Source of the DNA: Eledone cirrhosa
Lineage: Eukaryota
Reading direction: 5' to 3'
Assembly: GCA_964016885.1 (NCBI GenBank)
Contig: OZ024741.1
Span: forward strand, 233,802,001 to 233,866,000
DNA length: 64,000 nucleotides
Shown: positions 24,397-37,637 of the stretch, one piece after another
Numbering within the stretch: position 1 is the stretch's first letter
Layout: each line of letters opens with the position of its first letter
The notes under the pieces: model-generated
What the model was told of the DNA's origin: nothing
Database searches by the model: none
Seen by the model: only the letters and a program-made list of their open reading frames with translations
Translations under genes and position numbers: made by a program

Positions 24397-24498
24397 TGTG
24401 TCTACTTTTTAGCACAAGGCCAGCAATTATTACAGTGTATTACTGGTACTTTATTTTATCGACCCCGTAAGGATGAAAGGCAAAGTTAACCTCGGCGG
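24397..24498 (-). mobile_element. Truncated SINE (Deu/Nin-domain-like core) with 17-bp TSD
   Basis: Core ctttgcctttcatccttacggggtcgataaaataaagtaccagt; TSD gttctgaacaatataat at 24380-24396 and 24499-24515. Confidence 0.85.
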
Positions 24499-25689
24499 GT
24501 TCTGAACAATATAATGTTGACTGGAATGCAATGGCACTAACGAAATCTAAGTATTTTTAACTTAAGATTCACTTTTAGTTATACAATCCAGAATTATGGA
24601 GTGTTGACGTTACATCAATATGTTATATTTTTTATTATATACATGTATATATCAACATTTGTAAGTATTTTATATTTGTAAGTATTTTATTATCTCATAA
24701 TAACTGTGGTAATTTTATTTTTTATTATAACTGCTGATAACTAAAACCCACTTATTAACGTTCACTTTGCGTTATTAATAAAGTAGTTCATTATTACTTG
24801 CAGTAACTATTATAATTGACTCCGTCATGTAATTTTTTGTTCATAACTCCGACCTGATACTTTTCGATTAATAGTGATAAAACTCAAGAAATATTAACCA
24901 GCAACGTTTTTAAGTGAACCTATTATCAGTTTCTCATGACATTTATGTACTATGTTAACTTCTAAAGCGAGGGAAGTATAATTATAAAGAAAGCTTCGCA
25001 AGTGCTCTCGTTAACGAAAAACTAATTTTCGGCGGTTTTTAACATCAAATTCAATCAAAATACACTAAAAAAAACGCGAGACGGGTATTATTGTTAAATT
25101 AACCGATATTTTTTTTAACATTTTACCGCATATATTTTATAATAGTTTCTTAATTGCAGAAGTTCACTCTGTACTAGTGCGTAGAAATTTTAAAAGGTAC
25201 ATTCCTAAATGCAGTCAAGCTAGTTCGGAGAAGCAGGAAGTATTATTATAGCAGTAGAAGACAGAAAATCTGTGCTAAAAGTCGATTCAAGGGAGATCAC
25301 TTACAGTTTGCTGGCATCCACTAACAACTGCTTGCGAACGTCAACAGAATTCAACGATCTTTGCAGTACTTAATCAAAAAAGGAAATGACGTTTTTTGAA
25401 AATAGCTATTCCCCTAACTTATGGGCATGGGAATCTGGAGAGAAAAAAATTGAATTAGACGTTTGCCATAATCCTATCATAGAATGGAAGTAAGGAGGGC
25501 TAACACAGCAATATTTGACTGAAACTTAATTTAGGAAATGGAAATTGTTGTTGTTTTTAACAGTAATAAATTGTTTTTTTTTGCAAATCATTAGCACCAT
25601 GCTAAATGAGTAGTTTGGGAGTAGTTGGTTTTTGCAATGGTTGAAATTGCAACACGATAATTGATTAGTAGTTGAGGTTACAAATAAAA

Positions 25690-26600
25690 TGAACCACATT
25701 ATTCGTCATGAAATATTGTGTACAGTGCTCAGGTGCACTACAACTCATCAAAAAGTGTATGTATAGTACATAGGGTAATGTACAAACGTCAGGAAAATGA
25801 ACAGTGCATGAGTCAGGATATACACATAGGTGCATGTGTATGGAAGGGGTACATCAGGTGTAGTCTTTGGCGAATTTCGGGGAGCATGAGGGTTTTAAAG
25901 GATGCAGTGTCTCGGCAGCTAACAACTGACGCAGGCAGTTTGTTCCATGCTTCAACAACTCTGAGCGTGAAAAAATGTTTACGAAAGTCATGGGAGCTGT
26001 GCTGTTTTCTGATTTTGTAGGCATGTCCACATGTGTTAGACACATGGAGATCAAAAAGGTGCTCAGGGTTGTTGTTGGCGAGATGGTTAATAACTTTGTG
26101 GGTGTTTACCAAGTCCATTGCCAGACGTCGGAGCTTCAATGAATCCATGCCCAAGCAAGTAAGGCGTTCAGAGTATGGTAGGTGTCTGATGGAGGGTATG
26201 CGCTTGGTTGCACGTCTCTGAACTGTTTCATCATAATCATCCATTAACGTCGGTTTTCCCTGTAGGAATGCTTGGAAGTGTCTACAGTACTCAAGCGAAG
26301 CTACTGATTTCTCAGATGAGCCGAGTTCCTGCATCTCCCATACTTTTCCACATTCATTTTATCGTAAATTGTAACCAAGAAACACTGTTGAAACTCTTGA
26401 AAATGATCTCAGTCTACACAAATAGGAAACAAATGTTGAGAAAGAATGGGCAAGCCTAAGAAGCACAGAAGAACACTCAAACACCTGAAACATTCTAGAA
26501 ATATCAGGACTGGTTTGGTGAACATGAAGGAAAGAATTAAGAAGCACAAACTTCTTTCTACCTATCAGTGTAACACATCTCATGCATCCAATAAATCATT
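25690..26600 (-). mobile_element. CR1-like LINE 3' fragment
   Basis: VQRRATKRIPSIRHLPYSERL..LKLRRLAMDL..RKHFFTLRVVEAWNKLP..FK; absent from the paralogous duplicated block. Confidence 0.85.
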
Positions 26601-27460
26601 ATTCATAGAGATACGCCAGAATATGCAAAATCTACCAAGACACATCCATGAAAATTAGCTGTAAGAAAAGCTAAAGAAAACCAGCATTATATTGATAGAT
26701 ATTACTGGAAGAGATTAAATGTATCATTGAAAGTCTCAATTCTTAGGAACTACACCTCTTAAGTGCTGATTAATCCCCATTTTACACACGTATAAAACAC
26801 ATTTTAGAGAGATGGGCTAAACACTTCAACACAGAAAATATTTTAAATCCCTCATTTAAACGTTTCAATAAAACATATACAACTGGACCACATTCATAAA
26901 CATAACTAAACCATATTTACTGAAAGGGGGTTATACGTAGTAGGCGTTCTATAGCTATGTGTAACGAGACCAATATTAAGGTTGAAAAGTTCAGCACAAA
27001 CAATATAAAAGTTAAAAACGAAACTTCAAACAGTTCTGGTTTAGTGTTAAACTTTTGAGCCTTTTTCAATAAACATTAGCACAGAACTATGTTACATGTA
27101 TTCTGAACATGATTGTGTACTGACTTGCTGGCCTTGTGCCTAAAGTAGAAACAATTATTATGATATATTGCCAGACCTCATATTTTGAGACATTTACTTC
27201 CGGCTATATATACGTTCGGAGTTCGAATATCGCTGAGGTCAACTTCGACTTTCATCGTTCGGGGATCGATATAATCGACTTTCCCCTCTCCGCCAATTCC
27301 AGGCCTTGTGCTTAGATTAGAAACTCTTGCTAGCTCTTACAAACCAGAATTAGCACAATTTACGTGACATATCAAGAAAACACACAACCATTCAACCGTG
27401 TCGTTTAGTTGGAATCAGTTAAACAACAATAATAATTATGGTACAGAAAGGGTTAAGTAA

Positions 27461-28240
27461 TCACATTGATGGCCTCCCCACAGCCCCGCTGGACAGGATA
27501 GAGAAGGCGTTTCCCCGGAGGATGGTAAGGGAAACGTGCTGAAAGAGCCATTGCAATTCGCGAGGGTCACACCTGCGGCTGGCCAGCTCAACGCCTATGG
27601 TGATGAGCAGGGAAGTAGCCCTAGGGCCGAAGACACTAGAAGTCTCCACTGCCAAGGGAACGACCGCAAACCTGTCGGAGAGCAACCGGTATTTGAACAG
27701 CTTGACCTCCTTAGCCCAACGTGCAGCAGAACCTGGGTTAGTCGCAGACTGCACCAGGTTGTGGCTGGAGAATGTGTCTCTGGATGTGGCATCCCAGACG
27801 AGGAGTTTGCCACCGCGGTACGGGAAGATGGTCATCCCGTTGGCCTTTTTACCGTCCCCTCGGTCCAGCCGCACGAGCTCAAGCTGGGAAGGGAAGCCTG
27901 CAGCGTCCAAGCCATGCTTTATGACCTCGTTGAGGGCAGCATGGCGTGGAAGGCGGCCGGCACTGTGGCGACAGGAAAGCGGGTGGAGGCCCAAAGAGTC
28001 CACGGTGGATCCACAGCGACATTGGTGTGGCTCGCAGATCCGGAGGCCAAGCCTCAAGTAAACGCCAGTGGAGAAGGAGGGCAAGGAATGGAGCCAGGCA
28101 CCATTGTGGGGTTTGGATGCCGCACGAAAACAGGTAAGGTGGTGCTACTCCAGCTGGCGCGTGAGCTTGTCTGAGGCCAGTCTGCACAGGATGCCATCCC
28201 AAATGCTGTGGGAGGAGTTGATGTCTGGCTCGTACACATA
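27461..28240 (-). mobile_element. CRE-type non-LTR retrotransposon 3' fragment (CCHC knuckle + restriction-like endonuclease)
   Basis: LRLG..CRCGSTVDSLGLHPLSC..RH..DGKKANG..LVWDAT..K..KY..VPLAVETS..RGNA; GC-rich island. Confidence 0.8.
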
Positions 28241-28336
28241 ATTGAGGTCGAATGTTAAGTATATTGAGTCGAGTTCCGGGTTACATTTCCTCCATATTTG
28301 TTTCTCAAATCATCTCTCGACTGTGTACATACCAAA

Positions 28337-28982
28337 ATGGCCGGCACTAAGCGACGTGGGAATGCGAACAAAATTCAACGATGTTGGACACAACTTGTGA
28401 GTGACATTAGTGATGTGGAGTTAAATGCGATTCTTGATCACTTTTTTGCCAAGAAGCTTATCAGTGCAGAGGAAATGCATACCGTTCAAGCAGAGAAAGT
28501 TATAGAAAAAAAGAATCGGTGTTCATCGAAAAATGAAACATGACGATAAATCGAATAAGTCAGAACAATTTCATGAATTCGTGGCCTGTCTAACAGAAAA
28601 CGATTTGAATCCTATAGTGGCATACCTGGAGAAAGCTGACAGTTCGCCTATGACCAATGACATAAATAACATCCTTGAAAACGCTAAAATAGTAAAACTC
28701 AATGAAAAACTTCTTGGTGATATATTACACAATGTCGGTTCCGGCTGGGAGGCTGTTGCTAACCAATTAGGCGTTACTCAGGTGACAATTGGGAAAGCTA
28801 AAGAGAACGCACCAAACAACAAAGATAAACAGATATATTTTGTATTTAATTATTGGCTACAAAAAGAGGGTTGCGAGCCTTATGGATTGGAAAAACTCCT
28901 GAGAGCCATCGATGATGTTTCTGATAATTGTGATGTAGACTGGAGTAAAATGCTTGAAATTATCGAGAACAGTAAAAAATGA
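28337..28982 (+). pseudogene. CARD + Death-domain paralog split by a small frameshifting deletion (~28527)
   Basis: MAGTKRRGNANKIQRC..KKNRC then a frame change to KHDDKSNKSEQF..ENSKK; the FLDILL codons of the intact copy are missing. Confidence 0.8.
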
Positions 28983-29782
28983 AAAACATAAGGATCTTTT
29001 ACTCAAAGTTTCCTATTGAAAACATAACGCAGATTTGTGGTGGTGTTAGCTTTATATCAGTATGTTATAGTTTCTTTTATATACATGTATGTACCTATCA
29101 ATAGCCTTCAACATATGTTCTGAACAATATAATGTTGACTGGAATGCAATGTAACTTATATTTTTTTTATTATATACATGTATATATCAATATTTGTAAG
29201 TAATTTACCGTCATATTTCATAATAACTGGTAATTTTATTTTTTATTATAACTGCTGATAACTAAAACTAAAACCCACTTATTAATGTTGACTTTGCGTT
29301 ATTAATAAAGTAGTTCATTATTACTTGCAGTAACTATTATAATTGACTCCGTCATGTAATTTTTTATTCATAACTCCACCCTGATACTTTTCGATTAATA
29401 GTGATAAAACTCAAGAAATATTAACCAGCAACGTTTTTAAGTGAACCTATTATCAGTTTCTCATGACATTTATGTACTATGTTAACTTCTAAAGCGAGGG
29501 AAGTATAATTATAAAGAAAGCTTCGCAAGTGCTCTCGTTAACGAAAAACTAATTTTCGGCGGTTTTTAACATCAAATTCAATGAAAACACACTAAAAACA
29601 AACGCGAGACGGGTATTATTGTTAAATTAGACCAGTTATTTTTTTACATTTTACCGCATATATTTTATAATAGTTTCATAATTGCAGAGATTCACTTTGT
29701 ACTTGTGCGTAGAAATTTTAAGAGGTGCATTCCTAAATGCAGTCAAGCTAGTTCGGTGAATCAGGAAGTATTATTATAGCAG

Positions 29783-29875
29783 GTTAACTTTGCCTTTCAT
29801 CCTTACGGGGTCGATAAAATAAAGTACCAGTAATGCACTGAGGGAATTGCTGGCCTTGTGCCAAAAGTAGAAACA
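29783..29875 (+). mobile_element. Truncated SINE (same subfamily as 24397-24498) with 13-bp TSD
   Basis: TSD attattatagcag at 29770-29782 and 29876-29888; empty site in the paralog at ~25242-25254. Confidence 0.85.
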
Positions 29876-30289
29876 ATTATTATAGCAGTAGAAGGGAGAA
29901 AATCTGCGCTAAAAGTTGATTCAAGGGAGATCACTTGCAGTTTTCTGTCATCCACTAATATACAGCTGCTTGCGAATGGCAACACAATTCAACGATCTTT
30001 GCAGCACTTAATCAAAAAGGGAAATAACGTTTTTTGAAAATAGTTATTCTCCTAACTTATGGACAGGGTCCACTGTCATAAGAGATATGTAGTAGTCATA
30101 TAATAATTCATAGAGATACGCCAGAATATGCAGAATCTACTAAGACACATCCATGAAAATTAGCTGTAAGAAAAGCTAAAGAAAACCAGCATTATATTGA
30201 TGGATATTACTGGAAGAGATTATATGTATCATTGAAAGTCTCAATTCTTAGCAACTACACTTCGTAGGTGCTGATTAATCAACATTTTA

Positions 30290-30800
30290 TACATATATAA
30301 AACACATTTTAGAGAGATTGGCTAAACACTTCAACACAGTCCTGAACCATCCATCAACAATAAATGTTTAATCTTTCAACTGGATCAAGTCAAAACAAAC
30401 TTTCAGCTAAACAATCATACTGCAGAAGTAGCATACTAGCAAAAACTACTAAGCAACTGACCTGCAGCAAAACTGAATCAGGTATCATACCAGCAGAAAT
30501 TTACAAAATAGAGGCCTCTATTCTACATTAGAGGTTGACAGAATTATTCCAATATCTCTAGAACTAAGGTAAGCCCCCATGGGAATTCAAAGACACTTTG
30601 TTGGTCAATATCTACAGGTGCAAAAGGAACAGGGAGTCATGTGATAACCACTGGGGCCTCTCTGCTGTTCTTTGCTGGGAAGATCCTTACCAGAGTTCTT
30701 TTGAACCACCTCATCAAATAGTTTGAGACTTCTCTGAACTTAGAAATCCAATACAGTTTCCACGTAGGGCATGGCATTGTAGATATGGTATTCACCTTTA
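30290..30800 (+). mobile_element. Decayed RTE/BovB-like RT fragment
   Basis: Remnants resembling HILERWAKHFNTVLN, CDNH.G.SLL..GKIL.RVLLN, IVDMVF. Confidence 0.55.
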
Positions 30801-32842
30801 TTGCCAGATAATATCATGATGATACGATAGTTAATGTCCTTGATACTTCTTATGATGTTTTAGTTTATGCTAATGTAAACATACCAAAATTATTTGATCC
30901 ACTAGAGTGTTTCAGGCAATAAAAAAAATTTGAAAGGGAAAAATTGTGTGAAAAATGTTTAGTTATTTTGTAATCAATTTATACACTTCTGACACAATTT
31001 TGAGGTTTATCTTTTCGATGATGACTGATTTTCTAGTTTTTCAATTAGGAATAGAATAAAAGAAGTATATTTGAGCATGAGTTTAAGTTAATCCAGACAA
31101 TTGAATATGAACGCAATGTAAACATTTCCATGGACAATCTTTGATTGAGAGATTCAACATTTGTGATGACTGGAGAAAAATGGAAGTACTGACTATGTTT
31201 ACTATGGAGTTTTGTAGAACTGAATGACACATCAGGTGTACAGTTACCATGGACCAATCAGAATGCTCCAACAGATCGTACTTTATTTTTAGTAAGTATA
31301 TATTTAAACAAAAACTGATATATTTAAAGGTTTTTGATTTTTGTTAATGGACAAATATCTCACCCATTATTCAAGATAGATCCATCAAATATTTTGTAAT
31401 TACATTCAGAATTCACATGAACAAAGTGTAATTATCAACTACCCAAGTGTATTTCTGCCTCAGTTTCTATTGCTGGATGGCCTTCCTAACACCAACCACA
31501 TTTACAGGGTGGAGTGTGCAGTTATTGTTGTCTCATGTCACTAACATGACCACTCTATAGGGTGGACTAGGTACTATTGTTGTGTCACCATCACAACGAC
31601 CACCACCACTTTAGAAGGCTGAGTAGGTGCTCTTTGTCATGTCACCAACTTGAGTGCTCATCAGAGCAGTTCGGGTGCCATCTGTCTTGCCAATAACATG
31701 ACTTTTCAAAATGAGCTGGGTACCTTCTGTCATGTCCCCAACATGACCACCTCACAGGGTGGACTGATTACTTATTTCTCATGTCACCAGCACAACTACC
31801 TTGCAGGGAAGGTTAGCTGCTGTTTTGTCATAACACCTGCATGACAACCTTACTGAGGGTCGACTCAGGGCTTTTAGCCAATTCAGCAGCATTGTGGGAG
31901 AGCATGTTAAGCTTTCTATACTTGTCTACATTGGTTGGTCAAGAGAGGTGAATCAGATGTTGAAAATGGTGTTGGGGGTGTGGATTGGAGAGGTAGGTCA
32001 GTGTGGGGTACTTAGCTGGAAGTGGGTGGGTATCAACTACCCAAGTGTAACAAGTGTTAATAGAGGAAAGAGCAATAAACAGTAAACACATGAGTTACAA
32101 TTACCTTCCTTCAAAAAATGGCCTTCAATGCATCAAGATACCTATCAAGAGTAAAGACCCCCTTTGATCATAAATGACTATTATTTTTGCAACTAGAAAG
32201 TTCCCCTCTGAGGCACAAACCTAGGCAAGGTGTTTTCTGTGGAAGATCAGCAGTCACCCATGCATGCCAGTCTCCCCTCTCCATGCCACCAATGTTGTTC
32301 AAAGGAGAGGCAAATAAAATAGCTATATATTTACCATCATAATCATAATATTATTATTATTATTTTTCAATTTCCACTTGAAAAGGGAGGTGAGGGTGGA
32401 AAGGGATGTGCTCCTTTTCAGTACATTTACCAATGGGTGGGTGAAAGTAGCAAAAATGATAAAAGTTAATGGGACTACTCTCAGCTTATGCCTGTATGTT
32501 GAACAATGATAGTTGGAGGAGGGCACTCACCCCTGGAGGTCAAAGCAATTGTAGATTTGTGGTGTTCTTCAATTAGCCTTAGGTATTCAGCTCCCTATAA
32601 CAGGAGGACTGAATGCCACATATAATTGTCCACTATATATATATCCAACTTGTATACTATGTATACATGTCGGCCACACTTTTTTCCATGGAAAAATGGA
32701 CATAAAACGGTGATAATGATGATGATGGTGATAATTTGAAACTTCCTTTGAATTCAGCTTCTTTCCTAAATCATGCCATGCGTCAACCTGACACTTGAGG
32801 CAAAATTTGACAATATACACATTTTACAATCAATTGTTTTCT

Positions 32843-35140
32843 ACTCGATGCCTATGACAGTAAAGAAGAACAGATAGAGACATTCAATGTAGAAGAGCAC
32901 TGGGAGTTCCTAAAAAATAACTTACTAAAGGCAATGGACGAGATCTGTGGTTGGAGAAAGTCCACAGGGAGGAGGAGAGTAACTTGGTGGTGGAATAATA
33001 AGGTAAATGAGGCAGTTAAGGCTAAGAGACAGGCATGGAAAGAATGGAAGAACGGGGGAAGCAGGGCACATTACATAGAGATCAGGTGGGAAGCTGGTGA
33101 CAAGTATACTTAACTAGAATGGAAGCGGAGGATAGAAAATTCAAGCATGTTTTGCAATGTGAAGACCTGAAACAGGTGTTCAAGATTGCGGGGCAGTGTG
33201 TCAGAGACGATTGTGATGTCATTGAAGAGAAGTGTATCCGGAATGTAAAGATGAGCTTACCCTCACAAGTGCTGAGAAGAAAGCGGCATAAAAGAGACAT
33301 TATGAAAGATTACTAAATGAGGAGAATGCATGGGAAAAAGAGACCCTACCCCAAGTGGACCCTATAGAGGAGCCAGCAGTACAAGTCAGCAGCAGCATAG
33401 TAAGTAAGGCAATCAAAGATATGAAGACAGGGAAGGCAGCCGGTCCATCGGGTATAGCTGCCGAGATGCTGAAGGCATCTGAGTCAGTAGGTCAGACCAT
33501 AACCACACAAATTGTTAACCAAGTAATACTAGAGGGTATCATACCAAAGGATTGGCGCAGCAGCATCATTGTCAACTGCTACAAGGGTAAAGGTGATGCA
33601 CTAGATAGAGGAAACTATAGAGGTATAAAGCTGAAGGATCAGATCATGAAAGTAATGGAAAGAGTTATAGCACAGTTGATTAGGGACCAGGTAAAACTAG
33701 ATGAGATGCAATTTGGGTTTGTACCAGGAAAAGGCACCACTGATGCCCTCTTCCTTGAGAGGCAGTTACAAGAAAAGTACCTAACTAAAAGTAAGCCGCT
33801 CTACCTGGCATTCGTCGATCTGGAAAAAGCCTTCAACAGTCCCCTGTGGTATAATCTGGTGGGCTCTTAGAAAATTAGGAGTAGATGAATGGCTTGTGAA
33901 ACTGTACAAGCCATTTATAGAGGAGCAGTCAGCAAAGTTAGGGTTGGCAATGACTATAGCGAGAAATTTAGCATACAGGTCGGTGTCCTCTCCTGTTCAT
34001 TATAGTTTTGCAGGCAATAATGGAGGAGTTTAAGCCTGGATGCCCCTGGGAACTCCTATATGCAGATGATCTCGCACTTATAGCTGAATCTATGGTGGAA
34101 CCAGAGAAGAAATTCGAAGCATGGAAGCAGGGACTAGAAAGAAAGGGTATCAAAGTCAACCTGACAAAGACTAAGGTTCTTGTAAGTAGACAAGAAAACA
34201 GAACCCAGTATGTAGGAAAGGTGTAGGTAGGAACTCCATCCTCTGCCCCAAATGCAAACAATGGGTACACAAGAGATGTAGTGGTATCTCAGGAAGCTTA
34301 ATTAAGAATGTATGCTTCATATGTAGCAGTGCGCTAGGACAGCAAGCAGCAAACAACCACAGGAAACAAGTACCACCAAACTCTGGGAGGGCTCTGTAGA
34401 AACAGTAGACAGCTCTGCTACCTAGGTGACCGAATTAGCAGCGGAGGTGGGTGTTTGTAAAGTACAAAAACTAGGGTAAGAACATGATGGAAGAAGTTCA
34501 GGGAGCTACTGCCACTGCTAGCTGCAAAAGGCTTTTCCCTCAAAATGAAAGGCAGACTATATGATGTGTGTATACAAGCAGCAATGTTACATGGTAGTGA
34601 GACCCAGGCGCACTCTGTAGAAAACTTGTGCAGATTAGAAAGAAACGAAGCTTGCATGCTCCGATGGATGTGTAATAGAGGAATCAAATGCTGTATGCAG
34701 TAGAGGAGGTTGCGTTGGTATGGACATGTGATGCGTATGAAGCAGGACAGCTGCATAAAAAGCTGCAGAGCACGAGAAGCCATGGAGTGCACCTCTCAAG
34801 GGTGATGACACATGGCTGTGGCCTCTGGCATCGCGCAGTAATACAGAAGACCCGACTTCCCATGTGTACAAGCCGAAGCTGAAGCATATAGTCAATATGC
34901 CCCCACTCCCTCCCACTGCAAAGTGGCCCTGCAGGTGCAACAGCAAAAAAGCACCCAGCCTACACTGTAAATGAGGTTGGTGTTAGGAAGGGCATCCAGC
35001 TGTAGAAATCAAGCCAGAATCAGTTCCCGTATGAGCAAGTCAAGGTCAGCTGACTGGACACTGCCCACAACAGGACAACCCATCTAACCCATGCTAGCAT
35101 GGAAGAGCGGACGTAAAACAGTGATGATGATGATGATGAT
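32843..35140 (+). mobile_element. 5'-truncated decayed copy of the RTE LINE at 12915-16667
   Basis: High DNA similarity from gcctatgacagtaaagaagaacagatagag through the 3' UTR and (gat)n tail; multiple indels and stops. Confidence 0.93.
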
Positions 35141-35299
35141 GTTTTACAGATGATGTCACAAGGGCACAAACATCAGTTAAAGTCTTTGTAAGCTTTTTAA
35201 ATTGATCATGCCCTTCTTAGTGCCAGTCAGCTCTATTCTCTTATCTCTTGCAGAGATGGCTTTCCAGTTATTTGTGCCAAATATTTTTCAGTTCCCTTT

Positions 35300-35700
35300 T
35301 TTATCATTTTACCAAGTGCACTGGTATTGTACAGGCCTTAAGATACCACATTTTCTCAATTTCAATAGATAGATCTTTATATGTACTGAGCTTTCTAAAC
35401 TCTTTTGAGGAAATGTTATGATCTGATGGAATGCTCATGTCAATTAAGAAACATGTTTTCTCTTTATGGTCCATTGGCTTTGATTGTTCTATCAGTATTC
35501 ACAGGGAAATCCCAGAGGATTGTTACATTCTTGCCTCCTATTACTTCATCTGGGTGATAGTTGTGCCATTTTCCCTCTGTTTTCAGACCATAAGACATGC
35601 ACATTACCTGGTGTAAGTATTGCCCTACTCTATCATGCCTCGTTTTATATTCCTGGGGAGTTAATACTTGGCAGCCTGAAACCAGGAGGTCTATGGTTCA
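35300..35700 (-). mobile_element. R4/Dong-type non-LTR retrotransposon fragment (restriction-like endonuclease region)
   Basis: Manual translation of the minus strand: EYKTRHDRVGQYLHQVMC..WHNYHPDEVIGGKNVTILWDFPVNTDRTIKANGP*. Confidence 0.75.
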
Positions 35701-36779
35701 ACATAATCAACATGGATAAAGTATAGGGCTAGAAGAGTGTAGTTCTCTGTTAAAGGAAGCCTGTTAACCATACCATTTTGTTTGAGGTGAGTAGGAAGGT
35801 CGTCATTGCGTATCTTACTGCAAGGGAACAGAATAGGCTTACAATCTGGCTTCACTTCTATTTCTGGAGAACAACAGAAAACAAGGGTTAAATATGAAAG
35901 GAAGAAAGAAAGAATCAGCTTTATAAAACATTTTAAAGGAAATCAGTAAAGTAGATAAAATGGTATGGATTTGGTAGAGTGTTGTGGTGTAGTGGTGTAG
36001 CGGTGTATTGGTGCAGTGAGGGTGTGGTGTAGTGGTTGAGTGGTTTCTTGGTGTAATGTAGTGGCATATACATATTTAAAATGTTGGAATCAAAACACAG
36101 AAATCGCTATATATAATAATAGCTTTAGAAAATCAGGTAAAATACCTTTAGGGACAGAAAAAAATGACTAGCAGCCACTAGAGAAGCAAACCATGTGTCT
36201 CTCAAATTCTGGTTGAACATATTACCACAATGCCAAATGACAGCTGACAACAGCTGTAAAGTTGTTATATATAGCTGCTAATTTGGGAAGAAAATGTCAA
36301 CCATAGTGGTAATACACTCAACATTTCAAATACCGAATCCTCCAAACACGTCGATAAATCATAAGATGAAAAATATGTGTGTGTGTAAACTAAGTGGTTA
36401 ACTTAAGAAGAATTTGGAAAATTTGAAAGTTGAAATGTATGCATCCCAACTTAAATTACCATAATAATAGTCGATCACAATAAATAATTGTTGAGAAAAT
36501 CTGGTAATATACCAACAGAGATTTGAAAAAAAATGGCCTGAGGTACTTGTGAGGAACTGAACATCAGGCGAGTGTGTTAGCCACTATGTTAAAGAGGTAC
36601 TAGCCACTGATTCTGTCGTTTTAGACAATTTTAAGGTGGCAGCTAGAAGTCTAAGCAGAACGTAGTGGTTAACGCACGTGGTTCGAATCCAAGAGATGTG
36701 GGGTTTGATTCTTTGCAGCTTCTTCTGTCCACTTTTTTCCGTTTTTAGGGCAACTTTGTGATCAACTAATATATATGTA

Positions 36780-37250
36780 GGAAGCCTGCACAGTACACTC
36801 TACATGTAAATGGAGTTCCACTAAACCTGGTAAAGAAGTTCATGTATCTCAGGGACATGTTCACGAGTGATGGAAGCCAGGAGGTTGAATTAAGTTAAAA
36901 AATGGCAGGAACTGGTGCAGTAATGTGCCAGCTTCAGCATTCAGTAATCAGAAGAGAGGAAGGCGTAAAAGCCAAACTCTCTAGCTTCAATTCGGTTTTC
37001 GTGCCAACCCTTACCTATGGTCATGAATCTTGAGTAATGATCAAAAGAATACAATAGCGAATACAAGCGGCCAAAATGGAGTTCCTTCGAAGGGTCTTTG
37101 CAGTAACATTACTCGATAGAGTGCGTAGCTTGGAGATCAGAGAGTCACTCCAGGTAGAGTTGCTACTTGTCCGAATTGAGAGATCACAGCTCTGATACTA
37201 TGGGCGTGTGATTAGAATGTCTCATGAAAGAATCGCTGGACAGATTTTTC
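36780..37250 (+). mobile_element. Decayed RTE-like LINE C-terminal fragment (different family)
   Basis: Manual translation: VFVPTLTYGHES*VM..RIQAAKMEFLRRV..TLLDRVRS.EIRESL..IERSQL*YYG.V.RM. Confidence 0.7.
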
Positions 37251-37605
37251 CAGTCTACTTCTCAACAAGGAAGATGAAAAAACTTCCCTCGACACTTAAT
37301 TTTAAGTCTTTAATTTTTAGTTTTTAATTCTTATTAATTCTTTTTAATTGTATTACTCAACATTTGATAAGATGAATTTTACTAATACATTGAAACAGGT
37401 TATACTTTGTATACTTTATATACATTATAAAACACTTTTTTTAAAAGAATTGTCCCTCTCATTTTTTCAATAATGTCACTTTGACGAATCGAAGAAAGGA
37501 AAAAAAAGAAAAATAGACCCTTAAATATATTTTCCATGCTATTTCCAATTTCACCTCTTCTCTGTCTCTCTCTCTCTCTCTCTCTCTCGCTCACTCTCTC
37601 TCTTG

Positions 37606-37637
<32 letters not shown>

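Larger units (their letters stand above)
24262..30340 (+). repeat. Local tandem segmental duplication carrying the CARD-DD paralogs (24262-25425 ~ 28983-30063; 26601-26832 ~ 30107-30338)
   Basis: Long near-identical non-coding blocks downstream of both + strand paralogs. Confidence 0.9.

Noticed and set aside
36655-36715. tRNA-like sequence (gtagtggttaacgcacgtggttcgaatcc)
   Set aside because: No complete cloverleaf; more likely a decayed SINE head than a tRNA gene
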